IMG/VR virus record: IMGVR_UViG_2671180460_000013
Reading direction: 5' to 3' (one strand)
DNA: 26,013 bases
Source: a virus
Lineage: Duplodnaviria; Heunggongvirae; Uroviricota; Caudoviricetes
The translations under genes were made by a program, and so were the position numbers. Numbering within the stretch: the first letter of the stretch is position 1; each line of letters opens with the position of its first letter. Of this stretch, positions 16,758 to 25,386 are shown in pieces. The notes under the pieces were generated by a model. That model made no database searches. It saw only the letters and a program-made list of their open reading frames with translations, and was not told the origin of the DNA.

Positions 16758-17252
16758 TTAATCAATCAGCGCGATGGATGCACGCGGTCGGCCCAGCAGC
16801 GCCCGCACCGCCATGGCCGCTTCAGCCAGCAACGTCCGGCGGCTTTCGCTGGCTTCTGATGATGGCTGCGCCTCGCGCCGCCCCACGCTGGCAGATTCCG
16901 GCAAAAGATCGGCCTTTGCGCGGGCATACACAGCCTTGGTGTACAGTGCTGTAATGTGGTTCTGCATCCGTTCAGGTTGTGCATCCGTATTGCGCGGCTC
17001 TGGTTGCAACACGGTGTAACCCGGAATATCAGCGGCCCGGATGTGGCCCTGTTCCTGCCAGTATTCACGGCGTGCAGCCAGTTCAGTGTTAATCTCTGTT
17101 ACCGCGCAAAGCAGCGCCGTCAGCACCGTTTCGTGTGACGTGACGGCGGGGATGCTGCGGCTCTTTTCAAAATCGCCGGCATCAATATCCGGCCAGAATC
17201 CATCGTTCTGAATAATGGCCTGCTGATAGTGAATGCTTTTCCCGTCAAACAT
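16758..17252 (-). CDS. L: head completion/stabilization protein, P2 gpL-like
   Basis: ORF-track start at 17447 is GTG. The internal ATG at 17250-17252 (GGAG RBS, MFDGKS...) gives 164 aa, matching P2 gpL size. FWPDID resembles FFPDID recalled from P2 L. Confidence 0.7.
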   Translation of the reverse strand: MFDGKSIHYQQAIIQNDGFWPDIDAGDFEKSRSIPAVTSHETVLTALLCAVTEINTELAARREYWQEQGHIRAADIPGYTVLQPEPRNTDAQPERMQNHITALYTKAVYARAKADLLPESASVGRREAQPSSEASESRRTLLAEAAMAVRALLGRPRASIALID

Positions 17253-17350
17253 GCTCACTCCGGGGAAAGGCGGGCTGACCGGTTTCCGCAGTGTGCTGAT
17301 GGCTTTTGCCGGCACACCTCCACCGCGCCCGCCCGGTTGTTGGGAGTCGT

Positions 17351-18061
17351 TTACGTGCCCTGCAACGCGCGCAGTCTTGCGGCAATGCGCTGGCGCAGGG
17401 TTTTCACCTGAATTTTTGGATGCAGCCAGGCAGCCTGTTCCAGACACTGGTCGGCCTGTTGCAGTCTCTCCGGATCGTTAATTGCACTGGCCAGCGGTTT
17501 ACCGTCATCGCCGCGCAGCAGCAGGACGCCTGCAAAGCGCCAGTAGCGGGCAGCAAGGCGTTCATTCACGCGCCATTTGTCACGGATTTTTTCAAACACC
17601 TGCTGAAAATATGGCGCGATACTGTTCCCACGTTCAGCTTCGGTTTCTGCCCATTCAAGAATGAAATGGGCCACAAACGTTGGCAGCTCGCTTTTGAAGT
17701 TCTCCGGCGTCTTTTGCCCCTGCTCAATGGCAATGTCAGCCCACCGCAGCGCCATCTCAAACTGCCCGGTATCGAACAGCCAGATGATGCAGTACACCAG
17801 AATGGGATTCTGATAGACGCGTTCCCCCTCCAGATAAGCCTGTGCGTGTGGCAGCCAGCGGGGCAGCAGCGTGTTCCGTTTGAATTCCAGCTTGTCAGAC
17901 AGCAGCTCCATGTTGTGCAGTTGTCTGATGTCGTTATCCAGTGCCAGCAGCTTAATGTGCTGACTCTCTGTGCTGATGGCGCTCCCGTCCGTTCTGGTCA
18001 TGAGCGCCGCACGGCGCTCATCCATCTGTCGGGCACGTTGTCGCTGCATTGGCGTTGGCAT
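17351..18061 (-). CDS. M: terminase small subunit, P2 gpM-like
   Basis: 236 aa; position between N and L as in P2; GGAG RBS. Confidence 0.8.
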   Translation of the reverse strand: MPTPMQRQRARQMDERRAALMTRTDGSAISTESQHIKLLALDNDIRQLHNMELLSDKLEFKRNTLLPRWLPHAQAYLEGERVYQNPILVYCIIWLFDTGQFEMALRWADIAIEQGQKTPENFKSELPTFVAHFILEWAETEAERGNSIAPYFQQVFEKIRDKWRVNERLAARYWRFAGVLLLRGDDGKPLASAINDPERLQQADQCLEQAAWLHPKIQVKTLRQRIAARLRALQGT

Positions 18062-18078
18062 ACCGTGCGCTCCGTTTA

Positions 18079-19092
18079 TCAGGCGATGGTGACCGCAGAC
18101 TCATCCACGGCAGCATATAAATCCGGATCGCCCAGGGCGTACCCCTCGTAACGCCAGTATGAGTTTTCGAACTGTTTGCGATCGCCCACATCTTCTGCCT
18201 TGCGGCGGCGGGAGCCTTTCAGCGTCAGGATCTGCAGGTTTGGCAGCATGGTCACCACCATACGTTTGCCCGGCATAAACGGCGGAATGATGGCCTTGCG
18301 GCCTGCAATGTTCTTTGTCAGCAACTGTGCGGCTACTTTTTCGGTAGGCTTATCCTCTTTGTTGTAGAGGCGTAGTTCTTCAGCAGCCACAAGGTCTGCG
18401 CCGACCAGTACGGTAAGTCGTGGGTCGTTGTGATACTGTGCCGGGATGTAAGTGCGGATCAGGTCTGAGGCCATGGCATCAAGACCGACATAATCGCCGC
18501 CTTCGCCCAGGGTAACGGCGTCTGTCAGAATACGGGAGGTATTGCCGGGCTGTTCTCCCCACTTTTTGGCGATTTCATGCCAGCCGATGTTGACGTCTTC
18601 GCCGTTCGGATGACTTTCCGGGTCAGAGTTTTCCGCTGCTGTTTTACCGTTAAAGCCAATGCGCAGCATATCCAGCGCAAAGTTGGTGACGGCGGCGGAG
18701 TTCATCAGGTTGAAAAATTCCTGCGGGCTGCCGGCATTCGCCCAGATGGCGAGTTGTTCCCAGGTGATCACGCAGCAGGAATCAGTTTCAACGAGTTTAA
18801 ATTCGTTGCCTTTGATGCCCGAACCTTTAGCGAAACGACCGCTTTTCACGCGACCGGTGCGCAGTGTGGATTCGCCCACGGTGACGACCTGCCCCTGCGG
18901 GTGCGGAACGTCCATGCAGGTGATGAAACTCAGAAACTCCGTGCTTTCCAGCAGGGCTTTACGCAGAGCAATACTGCGTGGCTCGGTCAGCGAAAAGAAA
19001 CGATCGCTTGATTTCCCGCAGTCACTGAATGTTTTTTGCAGTTCGCTGATGTACTGATTAACCAGCTTTTGTGCTTCTGGTGTCATGTTCAT
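18079..19092 (-). CDS. N: major capsid protein, P2 gpN family
   Basis: 337 aa. GEGGDYVGLDAMASDLI...YHNDPRLTVLVGADL matches the recalled P2 gpN block GKGGDYASLDALVMD...YQEDPDLVVIVGRQL. Confidence 0.9.
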   Translation of the reverse strand: MNMTPEAQKLVNQYISELQKTFSDCGKSSDRFFSLTEPRSIALRKALLESTEFLSFITCMDVPHPQGQVVTVGESTLRTGRVKSGRFAKGSGIKGNEFKLVETDSCCVITWEQLAIWANAGSPQEFFNLMNSAAVTNFALDMLRIGFNGKTAAENSDPESHPNGEDVNIGWHEIAKKWGEQPGNTSRILTDAVTLGEGGDYVGLDAMASDLIRTYIPAQYHNDPRLTVLVGADLVAAEELRLYNKEDKPTEKVAAQLLTKNIAGRKAIIPPFMPGKRMVVTMLPNLQILTLKGSRRRKAEDVGDRKQFENSYWRYEGYALGDPDLYAAVDESAVTIA

Positions 19093-19106
19093 TGCGTTCT
19101 CTCCGG

Positions 19107-20003
19107 TTACACCAGGTTAAAAGTTTCGCCACCGGCCGGATTGTTGCCCGGCAGCTTCGTGGCGTCCTTGCTGAGTTCAGCAAATGCGGTTTCCATACTG
19201 GTAACCTTCTCCGCGATGGCGTTCACTGTGGAGAACAGCTTTTCCCCCTGCTCAGTGGTCAGCGTGAAGGTTTTGTCGTCCTTGTTGTTCTGTTCTGCGT
19301 TGTTCTGCCCCTGATCGCCGGTGCTGCCTTCCGGCTTGTTATCACCGGTATCTTTCGGGGCATCCTTCGCGCTGAACTGCGCGACGTTTTCTTCCAGCTT
19401 GTCCAGGCGTTCGCTGGTTTTATTAATAGCGCCCATTAACTGGCTGAACTGTTCTTCGTTCATGGCTTGGTAGATTCCCTGTTGGTGGTTGTCAGATGAG
19501 AAGAAGCGGGAGAAGAAGTTGCGCTTGGCCAGCTCATCATCAGACTGCAGCGTAAAATTCAGCGCCTCTGCGTTGCCCATATGGATGGTTTCCCCCATGG
19601 AAAACTGCAGGCGTGTGGTGTTAACGCTGGCCGGGGTATCCGTCACGGCGATACCTGACACAAAGAATTTGCCCGTGCCCAGATAGTTTTCCCGCACCTC
19701 AATGGAGGTAAAAAGCTTCTGCCCGGCCTTATTGGCTTCAATCAGGAAGCGATTTGGGATCAGGCGTGCTTTAAGCTGCACCTTGTCACCAAATTTTTCG
19801 ACTTTCAGGGCATCAACAAGGCCGTAGTTATTGGTGAAGGCACGCCATCCGGAATCGGCGTGATATGGCCAGAGCATGGCGGCTCGCTCGTCCGGGTTGT
19901 AAACCTCGGCGGCATCTGTCAGCCACTTCGGATCAATTTCCCGACCGTCGATGGTGGGGCCTGATGTGGCAACCACAACCCAGTCTGTTTTCTGCTTCGT
20001 CAT
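19107..20003 (-). CDS. O: capsid scaffolding protein, P2 gpO-like
   Basis: 298 aa, first gene of the minus-strand head operon, divergent from P. Charged, low-complexity C-terminal half typical of scaffolds. Confidence 0.8.
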   Translation of the reverse strand: MTKQKTDWVVVATSGPTIDGREIDPKWLTDAAEVYNPDERAAMLWPYHADSGWRAFTNNYGLVDALKVEKFGDKVQLKARLIPNRFLIEANKAGQKLFTSIEVRENYLGTGKFFVSGIAVTDTPASVNTTRLQFSMGETIHMGNAEALNFTLQSDDELAKRNFFSRFFSSDNHQQGIYQAMNEEQFSQLMGAINKTSERLDKLEENVAQFSAKDAPKDTGDNKPEGSTGDQGQNNAEQNNKDDKTFTLTTEQGEKLFSTVNAIAEKVTSMETAFAELSKDATKLPGNNPAGGETFNLV

Positions 20004-20086
20004 CTGAATTAATCCGCTGATAAAAATTAAACTGGCGTTATTTAACGGAGAAATAAAAATGTCGTCATCTGATTAATTTCCGGTAC

Positions 20087-20112
20087 TTTCGGATATGCGT
20101 ATATATCCGAAA
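20087..20112. promoter_or_regulatory. 10-bp-arm dyad TTTCGGATAT-N6-ATATCCGAAA centred midway between the divergent O and P start codons; candidate shared late-promoter regulator site
   Basis: Perfect inverted repeat read directly from the sequence. Centre lies about 96-98 nt from each start codon. No P2-style TGT-N12-ACA site is present in this spacer. Confidence 0.4.
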
Positions 20113-20197
20113 AATACCGAAAAGCGATATTCGTTTTTAAAAAAGCCTTTGCTGAAAATGCATAAATTAAAATTGCATCAGCAGGTGAGGTTTATTT

Positions 20198-21985
20198 ATG
20201 GCGTATTCTGATGAGGTGATTGCTGCTGCAAAATCGCTCTATCTGAAAAGACACACACCAAAAGAAATACAAAAGAAGCTCGGACTGAACAGCCCGCGAA
20301 TTGTTTATTACTGGGCGACAAAGTTTGAGTGGTACACACAGCTTAATGCTGAAGGCGTGGAGGATGTTATCGCTCGTCGTCTCGCTGTACTGGCGGAGCG
20401 TGATCATAAAACGCCGGAAGAGCACGATGAACTTGATCGCCTGATTGGTCATCACGTCAAACTGATGTCGGTCAGGAACAAGCACACGGAACGCATGGCC
20501 GAGATTGAACGAATGGGAGCGGATATTCCCCAGTCTGGTCGTTATGGAAAAGAAGAACGCGGAGAAAAAGGTGCAGGTAAGAAAGAGCGCCCCCGCAAAG
20601 CTAATGACGTTTCCGGACTGACTGCTGAAAGTTTTGAGCCGTTTACGAAAAAGTTGTTTGCTTATCAGTTGCATCTGCGTGAAAACAAATTCCGCCGTGT
20701 ACGCAACCTGCTTAAATCCCGCCAGATTGGGGCGACGTATTACTTCGCGTTTGAGGCATTTGAAGATGCAGTATTAACCGGCGACACACAGATATTTTTA
20801 TCGGCATCAAAACGTCAGGCCGAAGTGTTCCGTACTTATATTGTAAAAATTGCACAAACAGAGTTTGGCATTCCCATTAAAGGCAATCCGGTTAAGTTAA
20901 GTAATCTGGCTGAACTGTATTTTCTGGCGACCAACAGTAACACAGCGCAGTCAAACAGCGGTCACCTGTATATTGATGAATACCTGTGGATCCCCGGTTT
21001 TCGCCGTCTCAATGAAGTGGCATCAGGGATGGCCACCCATAAACACTGGCGCATTACCTATTTCTCCACGCCGTCAGCCAAAACACATCAGGGCTACCCG
21101 TTCTGGTCTGGCGATGAATGGCGCAAAGGTGACCCGAAACGAAAAGGGATTGAGTTCCCGTCCTTTGATGAGCTGCGCGATGGCGGGCGCGAATGTCCGG
21201 ATGGTCAGTGGCGCTATGTGGTTACGCTGGAAGATGCTATTGCCGGCGGCTTTAACCTTGCTGACATCAACGAGTTGCGCGAGCGGTACAACGAAACAGC
21301 GTTCAATATGTTGTTTATGTGCGTGTTTGTGGATGACAAAGAGAGCGTCTTTAAATTCGATGACCTCGTGCGCTGTGGCGTTGATGTCAGTACGTGGGAG
21401 GATTTTCACCCGGAAGATGCCATGCCATTTGGAAACCGTGAAGTGTGGGGTGGCTTTGACCCTGCACGCTCCGGCGATAACGCCACGTTTGTGGTGCTGG
21501 CACCGCCGCTGGTTGCGGCAGAACGATTCCGCGTGCTGGAAAAACACCACTGGCGCAGCATGTCATTCCAGTTTATGGCAGAGCGTATCCGCAGCATTAA
21601 GGCGCGCTATAACATGACGTTTATCGGCATTGACGTCACCGGCCTTGGCTACGGTGTCTTTGAGCTGGTTCAGGGATTTGCCCGCCGTGAAACAGTGGCC
21701 ATTCATTACAGCGTTGAATCCAAAAACCGCCTGGTGATGAAGATGCTGGATCTGATTTACGCCAACCGTATTGAGTGGGATGAGGAGGCAACAGATATTC
21801 CGGCATCATTTTTGGCCATTCGTCAGGAATCCACCAATAGTGGCAATAAAGTTACTTTTACTGCTGAACGTAGCGAAGAAACCGGGCACGCTGACATCTT
21901 CTTTGCCATAGCTCATGCCGCAAGTAATGAACCCCTGAACTATAAGCACAAGCGCAAATCAACATGGATCCTGTCAGATGAGTAA
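20198..21985 (+). CDS. P: terminase large (ATPase) subunit, P2 gpP-like
   Basis: 595 aa. ATG with AGGTGAGG RBS. Walker-B-like LYIDEY. Divergent from O and upstream of Q, as in P2. Confidence 0.9.
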   Translation: MAYSDEVIAAAKSLYLKRHTPKEIQKKLGLNSPRIVYYWATKFEWYTQLNAEGVEDVIARRLAVLAERDHKTPEEHDELDRLIGHHVKLMSVRNKHTERMAEIERMGADIPQSGRYGKEERGEKGAGKKERPRKANDVSGLTAESFEPFTKKLFAYQLHLRENKFRRVRNLLKSRQIGATYYFAFEAFEDAVLTGDTQIFLSASKRQAEVFRTYIVKIAQTEFGIPIKGNPVKLSNLAELYFLATNSNTAQSNSGHLYIDEYLWIPGFRRLNEVASGMATHKHWRITYFSTPSAKTHQGYPFWSGDEWRKGDPKRKGIEFPSFDELRDGGRECPDGQWRYVVTLEDAIAGGFNLADINELRERYNETAFNMLFMCVFVDDKESVFKFDDLVRCGVDVSTWEDFHPEDAMPFGNREVWGGFDPARSGDNATFVVLAPPLVAAERFRVLEKHHWRSMSFQFMAERIRSIKARYNMTFIGIDVTGLGYGVFELVQGFARRETVAIHYSVESKNRLVMKMLDLIYANRIEWDEEATDIPASFLAIRQESTNSGNKVTFTAERSEETGHADIFFAIAHAASNEPLNYKHKRKSTWILSDE

Positions 21986-23012
21986 AAAGAAAAAATCCCC
22001 CGTGTTACACGATGGCGTGGCAAAAAAAACAGCCAGCAAAATGACTTTTATTGAATTTGGTGACCCGGAACCGGTCGCTGCATGGGGCTGTTATTACGGC
22101 TCGCTCTGGGATGGCTATAACGGCTGGTACACGCCGCCCATTGAGCGCATGGATCTCGCCATGTTGTCCAATATCGCACCGTATCACGGCGCGGTATTGC
22201 GTGCGCGCGTCAATATGATCATGCAGGGTTTTCGGGGTGGCGGTGGTATGACACACGCCGCCATGGCGGCAGCAGTAACCAATCTGCTGATATTCGGGGA
22301 TATGGGGTTGCTTAAAGTGCGCAATGGCTTCGGTCGAGTGGTGCGCCTGCATACGTTACCTTCTCTGTACCTGCGGCGTAACAACGAGGGTGGCACGGTG
22401 ATTGTGCAGGCGGCACTGGAAGATCTCGTTTACCCGCCAGGCGAAGTGGTGTTCGTGGCCGTTTATGACCCGCAACAGCAGGTTTACGGTGTCCCGGATT
22501 ATATTCACGGGATGGAATCCGCCATGCTGAATGTGGATGCCACCCGCTTTCGCCGCAAGTATTACAAGAACGGCGCACATCTTGGTTATATCCTGTATTC
22601 CAGTGACCCGGACATGGATCCCGAGCTCGAGGCGGAATTCCGTAAAAAGATAGAGGCGTCAAAAGGGGCGGGCAATTTTAAATCCATGTTTATCAATATA
22701 CCGGGCGGAGACAAAGAAGGCGTTAAGGTGATCCCTATCGGGGATTCAGGTACAAAAGATGAGTTCCTGAATATAAAAACCATCAGTGCCCAGGATCAGC
22801 TTGTTGCGCACCGTTTCCCACCCGGACTTGCCGGCATCATTCCCGCAAATACGGCCGGGCTTGGTGACCCACTGAAATCCCGCGAGGCATATTACAGGGA
22901 TGAGGTTATCCCGATGCGCCGCCTGATTATGGAGGGGATCAACAGCGACCCGGATATCAGACGACTGGGGGAGGTGAAATTTATTCTTGATTTTGATGAA
23001 CCCATGGAGTGA
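21978..23012 (+). CDS. Q: portal protein, P2 gpQ-like
   Basis: 344 aa, the same length as P2 gpQ as recalled. Its ATG overlaps the last codons of P (GATGAGTAA). Confidence 0.85.
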   Translation: MSKKKKSPVLHDGVAKKTASKMTFIEFGDPEPVAAWGCYYGSLWDGYNGWYTPPIERMDLAMLSNIAPYHGAVLRARVNMIMQGFRGGGGMTHAAMAAAVTNLLIFGDMGLLKVRNGFGRVVRLHTLPSLYLRRNNEGGTVIVQAALEDLVYPPGEVVFVAVYDPQQQVYGVPDYIHGMESAMLNVDATRFRRKYYKNGAHLGYILYSSDPDMDPELEAEFRKKIEASKGAGNFKSMFINIPGGDKEGVKVIPIGDSGTKDEFLNIKTISAQDQLVAHRFPPGLAGIIPANTAGLGDPLKSREAYYRDEVIPMRRLIMEGINSDPDIRRLGEVKFILDFDEPME

Positions 23013-23077
23013 TGTGCGGTATGGGGAAAGAGCGGGTAAAATCGGTGGCAGTAAAACGCTGTTCCGGGAGGTGGAAA

Positions 23078-23335
23078 ATGCGCAGACAGAAAGCGCGATG
23101 TCATTGCTGCGGTGCACATGCAGTGATTGAGAAAACAGCCTGGAAAACCGATCAGTTTGCTGATGTGTATTACCGTTGCACCCGTCTCGAGTGCGGACAT
23201 ACCTGGGTGATGAATCTGACCTACTCGCACACACTGGTGCCCAGCGGGCTGGAGAATGGTGTGTTAAAGCTGTTGATTGAGCGGATGCGTCCGGAAGAAA
23301 AACAAATGGCTCTGGAGTTGTTGCAGGCCGGATAG
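23078..23335 (+). CDS. ogr: Ogr/Delta-family zinc-finger late transcription activator (putative)
   Basis: Internal ATG at 23078 with GGGAGG RBS gives 85 aa. CHCC ... CTRLEC gives the CxxC ... Cx4C spacing of P2 Ogr. Followed by a strong terminator. Confidence 0.7.
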   Translation: MRRQKARCHCCGAHAVIEKTAWKTDQFADVYYRCTRLECGHTWVMNLTYSHTLVPSGLENGVLKLLIERMRPEEKQMALELLQAG

Positions 23336-23355
23336 CTGACGCGCTTCGCTTGTCC

Positions 23356-23406
23356 AACCCGGAACGGGCGCACAAAGAATTTGCGCACCCGTTCCGGGTT
23401 TTCTTA
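23356..23406 (+). terminator. intrinsic terminator between convergent ogr and the Rrf2/par operon (possibly bidirectional)
   Basis: 13-bp perfect stem AACCCGGAACGGG / CCCGTTCCGGGTT around a 19-nt partly self-complementary loop, followed by TTTTCTTATTC on the plus strand. Confidence 0.6.
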
Positions 23407-23763
23407 TTCAATGGCAGACAACTGATAATTTGTGTCTTCCTGCAGGCTGGTTAAAGAAATATTATCCAGTGCAGCCAGAATAACGTGCTGTGTATATAAT
23501 CCGGAACATTTCATTGCCCGGACAATATCACCAACACTGTAATTTTCTTTTGTCGGGATATATCCACCACCCGGGCCGCGTGTGGCTTTTACCAGGCTAC
23601 TTTCCCGTAAATATCTGAATATTTGCTCCAGATATGACAGTGAAACGGTTTCTTTGCTTAATTGCCGGAGCGAGATTGGCTTTCCGGTGTACTGTTTCAC
23701 AAATTTAATCATTACCATAACTGCAACTGATGCACGCTGGCTTCCGGAATTATCTTTCATCAT
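23404..23763 (-). CDS. Rrf2-family transcriptional regulator (short; lacks the three-Cys cluster ligand set)
   Basis: Start at the ATG doublet 23758-23763 with GGAAG RBS. ISLRQLSKETVSLSYLEQIFRYLRESSLVKATRGPGGGY matches the Rrf2 HTH / GGGY signature. Only one Cys in the C-terminal half. Confidence 0.7.
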   Translation of the reverse strand: MMKDNSGSQRASVAVMVMIKFVKQYTGKPISLRQLSKETVSLSYLEQIFRYLRESSLVKATRGPGGGYIPTKENYSVGDIVRAMKCSGLYTQHVILAALDNISLTSLQEDTNYQLSAIE

Positions 23764-23774
23764 GATTACTTCCA

Positions 23775-24062
23775 TTAATGGCATAAATTGATGGAGCGGG
23801 TCAGTGAATAAAGAGGCAATACATTCCATCCCTTAGAGCGCCAGCTGTCTGCAACATCTTTACTTCTTGTTATCGCCGGTATTCCAATAGGATTATTTGC
23901 GTGCATCCATGCCACTGGCTCTGCTTCCAGTGATGCAAGTGCGATTTCCAGTGCGATTAACATATTGTGATCGTCTTCATCAAGACCGAACGGGATGTCT
24001 TCGCGCCACGATTTAAACTCTGTGATTTTACGTTGTAACCATTCTTTGGTAATGGTGGACAT
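23775..24062 (-). CDS. hypothetical protein (95 aa) co-transcribed between parR and the Rrf2 gene
   Basis: ORF-track start at 24080 is GTG. The internal ATG at 24060-24062 has an AGGAG RBS 6 nt upstream. No recognisable motif. Confidence 0.5.
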   Translation of the reverse strand: MSTITKEWLQRKITEFKSWREDIPFGLDEDDHNMLIALEIALASLEAEPVAWMHANNPIGIPAITRSKDVADSWRSKGWNVLPLYSLTRSINLCH

Positions 24063-24076
24063 AGTTACTCCTGTTT

Positions 24077-24391
24077 TCACTTCGGGAAAAACGCCTGAAT
24101 ATTTTTTTTCACCTGCTGCATATGGGTGGCGCTGTCTGCTGCTGGTTGCGCCGGTTTTTCAGGCTGTACTGGTAGCGGTGGCATCCGTATTTCGTCTTCT
24201 GACCATTCTGCCAGCGAATACGCCAACGCGGGGTGGCGTTTTATAAGAGCCAGTCCGGCCAGAAAAGCCGCGCGTTGTGCGCGGCTGCGTTCGGAGGCTG
24301 GCAGGCTGTCGAGGTAACTGCACGCCTCCCGTTCGCTCTTGACGACGGCGGGCTTCAGATAGAAACTTATCCGTCTGGTTGGTGTCGTCAT
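24077..24391 (-). CDS. parR: ParR-like centromere-binding protein (ribbon-helix-helix type, type II partition)
   Basis: Internal ATG at 24389-24391 with an AAGGAG RBS inside the parM 3' end. RISFYLKP...LDSLPASERSRAQRAAFLAGLAL parallels recalled R1 ParR (IAFKLNPD...LDSIPQGERSRLNRAALTAGLAL). Confidence 0.75.
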   Translation of the reverse strand: MTTPTRRISFYLKPAVVKSEREACSYLDSLPASERSRAQRAAFLAGLALIKRHPALAYSLAEWSEDEIRMPPLPVQPEKPAQPAADSATHMQQVKKNIQAFFPK

Positions 24392-24395
24392 TGAT

Positions 24396-25355
24396 TTACT
24401 CCTTGTCCATTGCGTACAGCCCATTAACCAGAGCAAACTGTGGCACCCCGTCCGCGATGAAAGTCGCATTAACTCCGCAGGCTTCGCGGATAGCGGGTGC
24501 CACAATCTCCGCTCCTCCACCTACAACCATCACCCGCCCGTAACCCGAAAAACCCGCCAGCGCGCGGATCACGCGTTGTTTCAGTGTTTCTTCCTTTTCA
24601 CGAATAACAGCCATCAGGCTGGCGTAATGTGCGTTATTGTGGATGTGCTGGCGCAGCCAGGCTTCATCGTGGCGATGTTCGATAATGGTATTAGCGATGT
24701 GGTGACTGGTACGCATACCGTTGGTGGCCATCACCGACAGCACGGCATCGGCCATCAGGGAAACGCCTACGTGTGGATCGCAAAACACCTGGCTGATACC
24801 TGCCAGTTGCCCCTGAACCTTTGCCACATCCAGCGTGGTTCCGCCCAAATCCACAATCAGCAGGGATTCAAACGGACTCATGTCAGCCAGTGCTTTAAAG
24901 CCTGCCGGAATGGATTCAGGCATAACCCGCACGTTACGGATAGTGAATGCCTCACCGTTCTGGTACTCCACCGGGCGCATGACGTTCGCTTTTTTGCGGT
25001 TGATGTTGGCCATGTCCGGCTGTGCGTTTGTGTCGAAATACTCGCTCAGTGGCAGGGTGACAACCACATCCACCTCCTGTGGCGTGATGCCTGATTTGAC
25101 CAGCGCGTGATGAATGGCAATTACATTCACATCGCTGTACTGGTATTGCGTGTCGGTCGTCTGGACAAAGCGATCGCTGACCGGATCAAAACCATAGCGC
25201 ACGCCATCAAGCATGTAGTTCGCGGGCTGCGTGCCACCGAACGGCGCAGACCATTCCGACTTGAAGCTGTTCGGGCTGATGGCGTTGCGGCGTTCGCCGT
25301 TCTCAGTCCATGCCAGCTTGATGTTGGTGGAGCCGTCATCGATACAAATTTTCAT
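24396..25355 (-). CDS. parM: ParM / StbA-family actin-like segregation ATPase
   Basis: 319 aa. MKICIDDGSTNIKLAW, ISPNSFK, YSDVNV..HHAL, VMPESIPAG, DLGGTTLD and VVGGGAE blocks align by eye with recalled R1 ParM along most of the protein. Confidence 0.9.
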   Translation of the reverse strand: MKICIDDGSTNIKLAWTENGERRNAISPNSFKSEWSAPFGGTQPANYMLDGVRYGFDPVSDRFVQTTDTQYQYSDVNVIAIHHALVKSGITPQEVDVVVTLPLSEYFDTNAQPDMANINRKKANVMRPVEYQNGEAFTIRNVRVMPESIPAGFKALADMSPFESLLIVDLGGTTLDVAKVQGQLAGISQVFCDPHVGVSLMADAVLSVMATNGMRTSHHIANTIIEHRHDEAWLRQHIHNNAHYASLMAVIREKEETLKQRVIRALAGFSGYGRVMVVGGGAEIVAPAIREACGVNATFIADGVPQFALVNGLYAMDKE

Positions 25356-25386
25356 GTCGCTTTTCCTTATGTTGATTAATTAATCG

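Noticed and set aside
17253-17290. CGGGGAAAG upstream of gene L, matching 9 nt of the P2 cos cohesive end as I recall it
   Set aside because: Only a partial match, flanks differ, and it coincides with the L ribosome-binding region. Probably coincidence; the cos site of this element is likely outside the window or not P2-like.
16758-17447. Long 229-aa version of gene L from the ORF track
   Set aside because: Its first codon is GTG and the extra 65 residues overlap the M-L spacer. The internal ATG at 17252 has a GGAG RBS and gives the expected gpL length.
17306-18151. 281-aa plus-strand ORF antisense to terminase small subunit M
   Set aside because: Antisense to a P2-syntenic gene; Arg/Leu/Gln-rich translation without features.
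20973-21617. 214-aa plus-strand and 158-aa minus-strand ORFs overlapping the large terminase gene in other frames
   Set aside because: Embedded in the well-supported P coding frame; alternative-frame artefacts.
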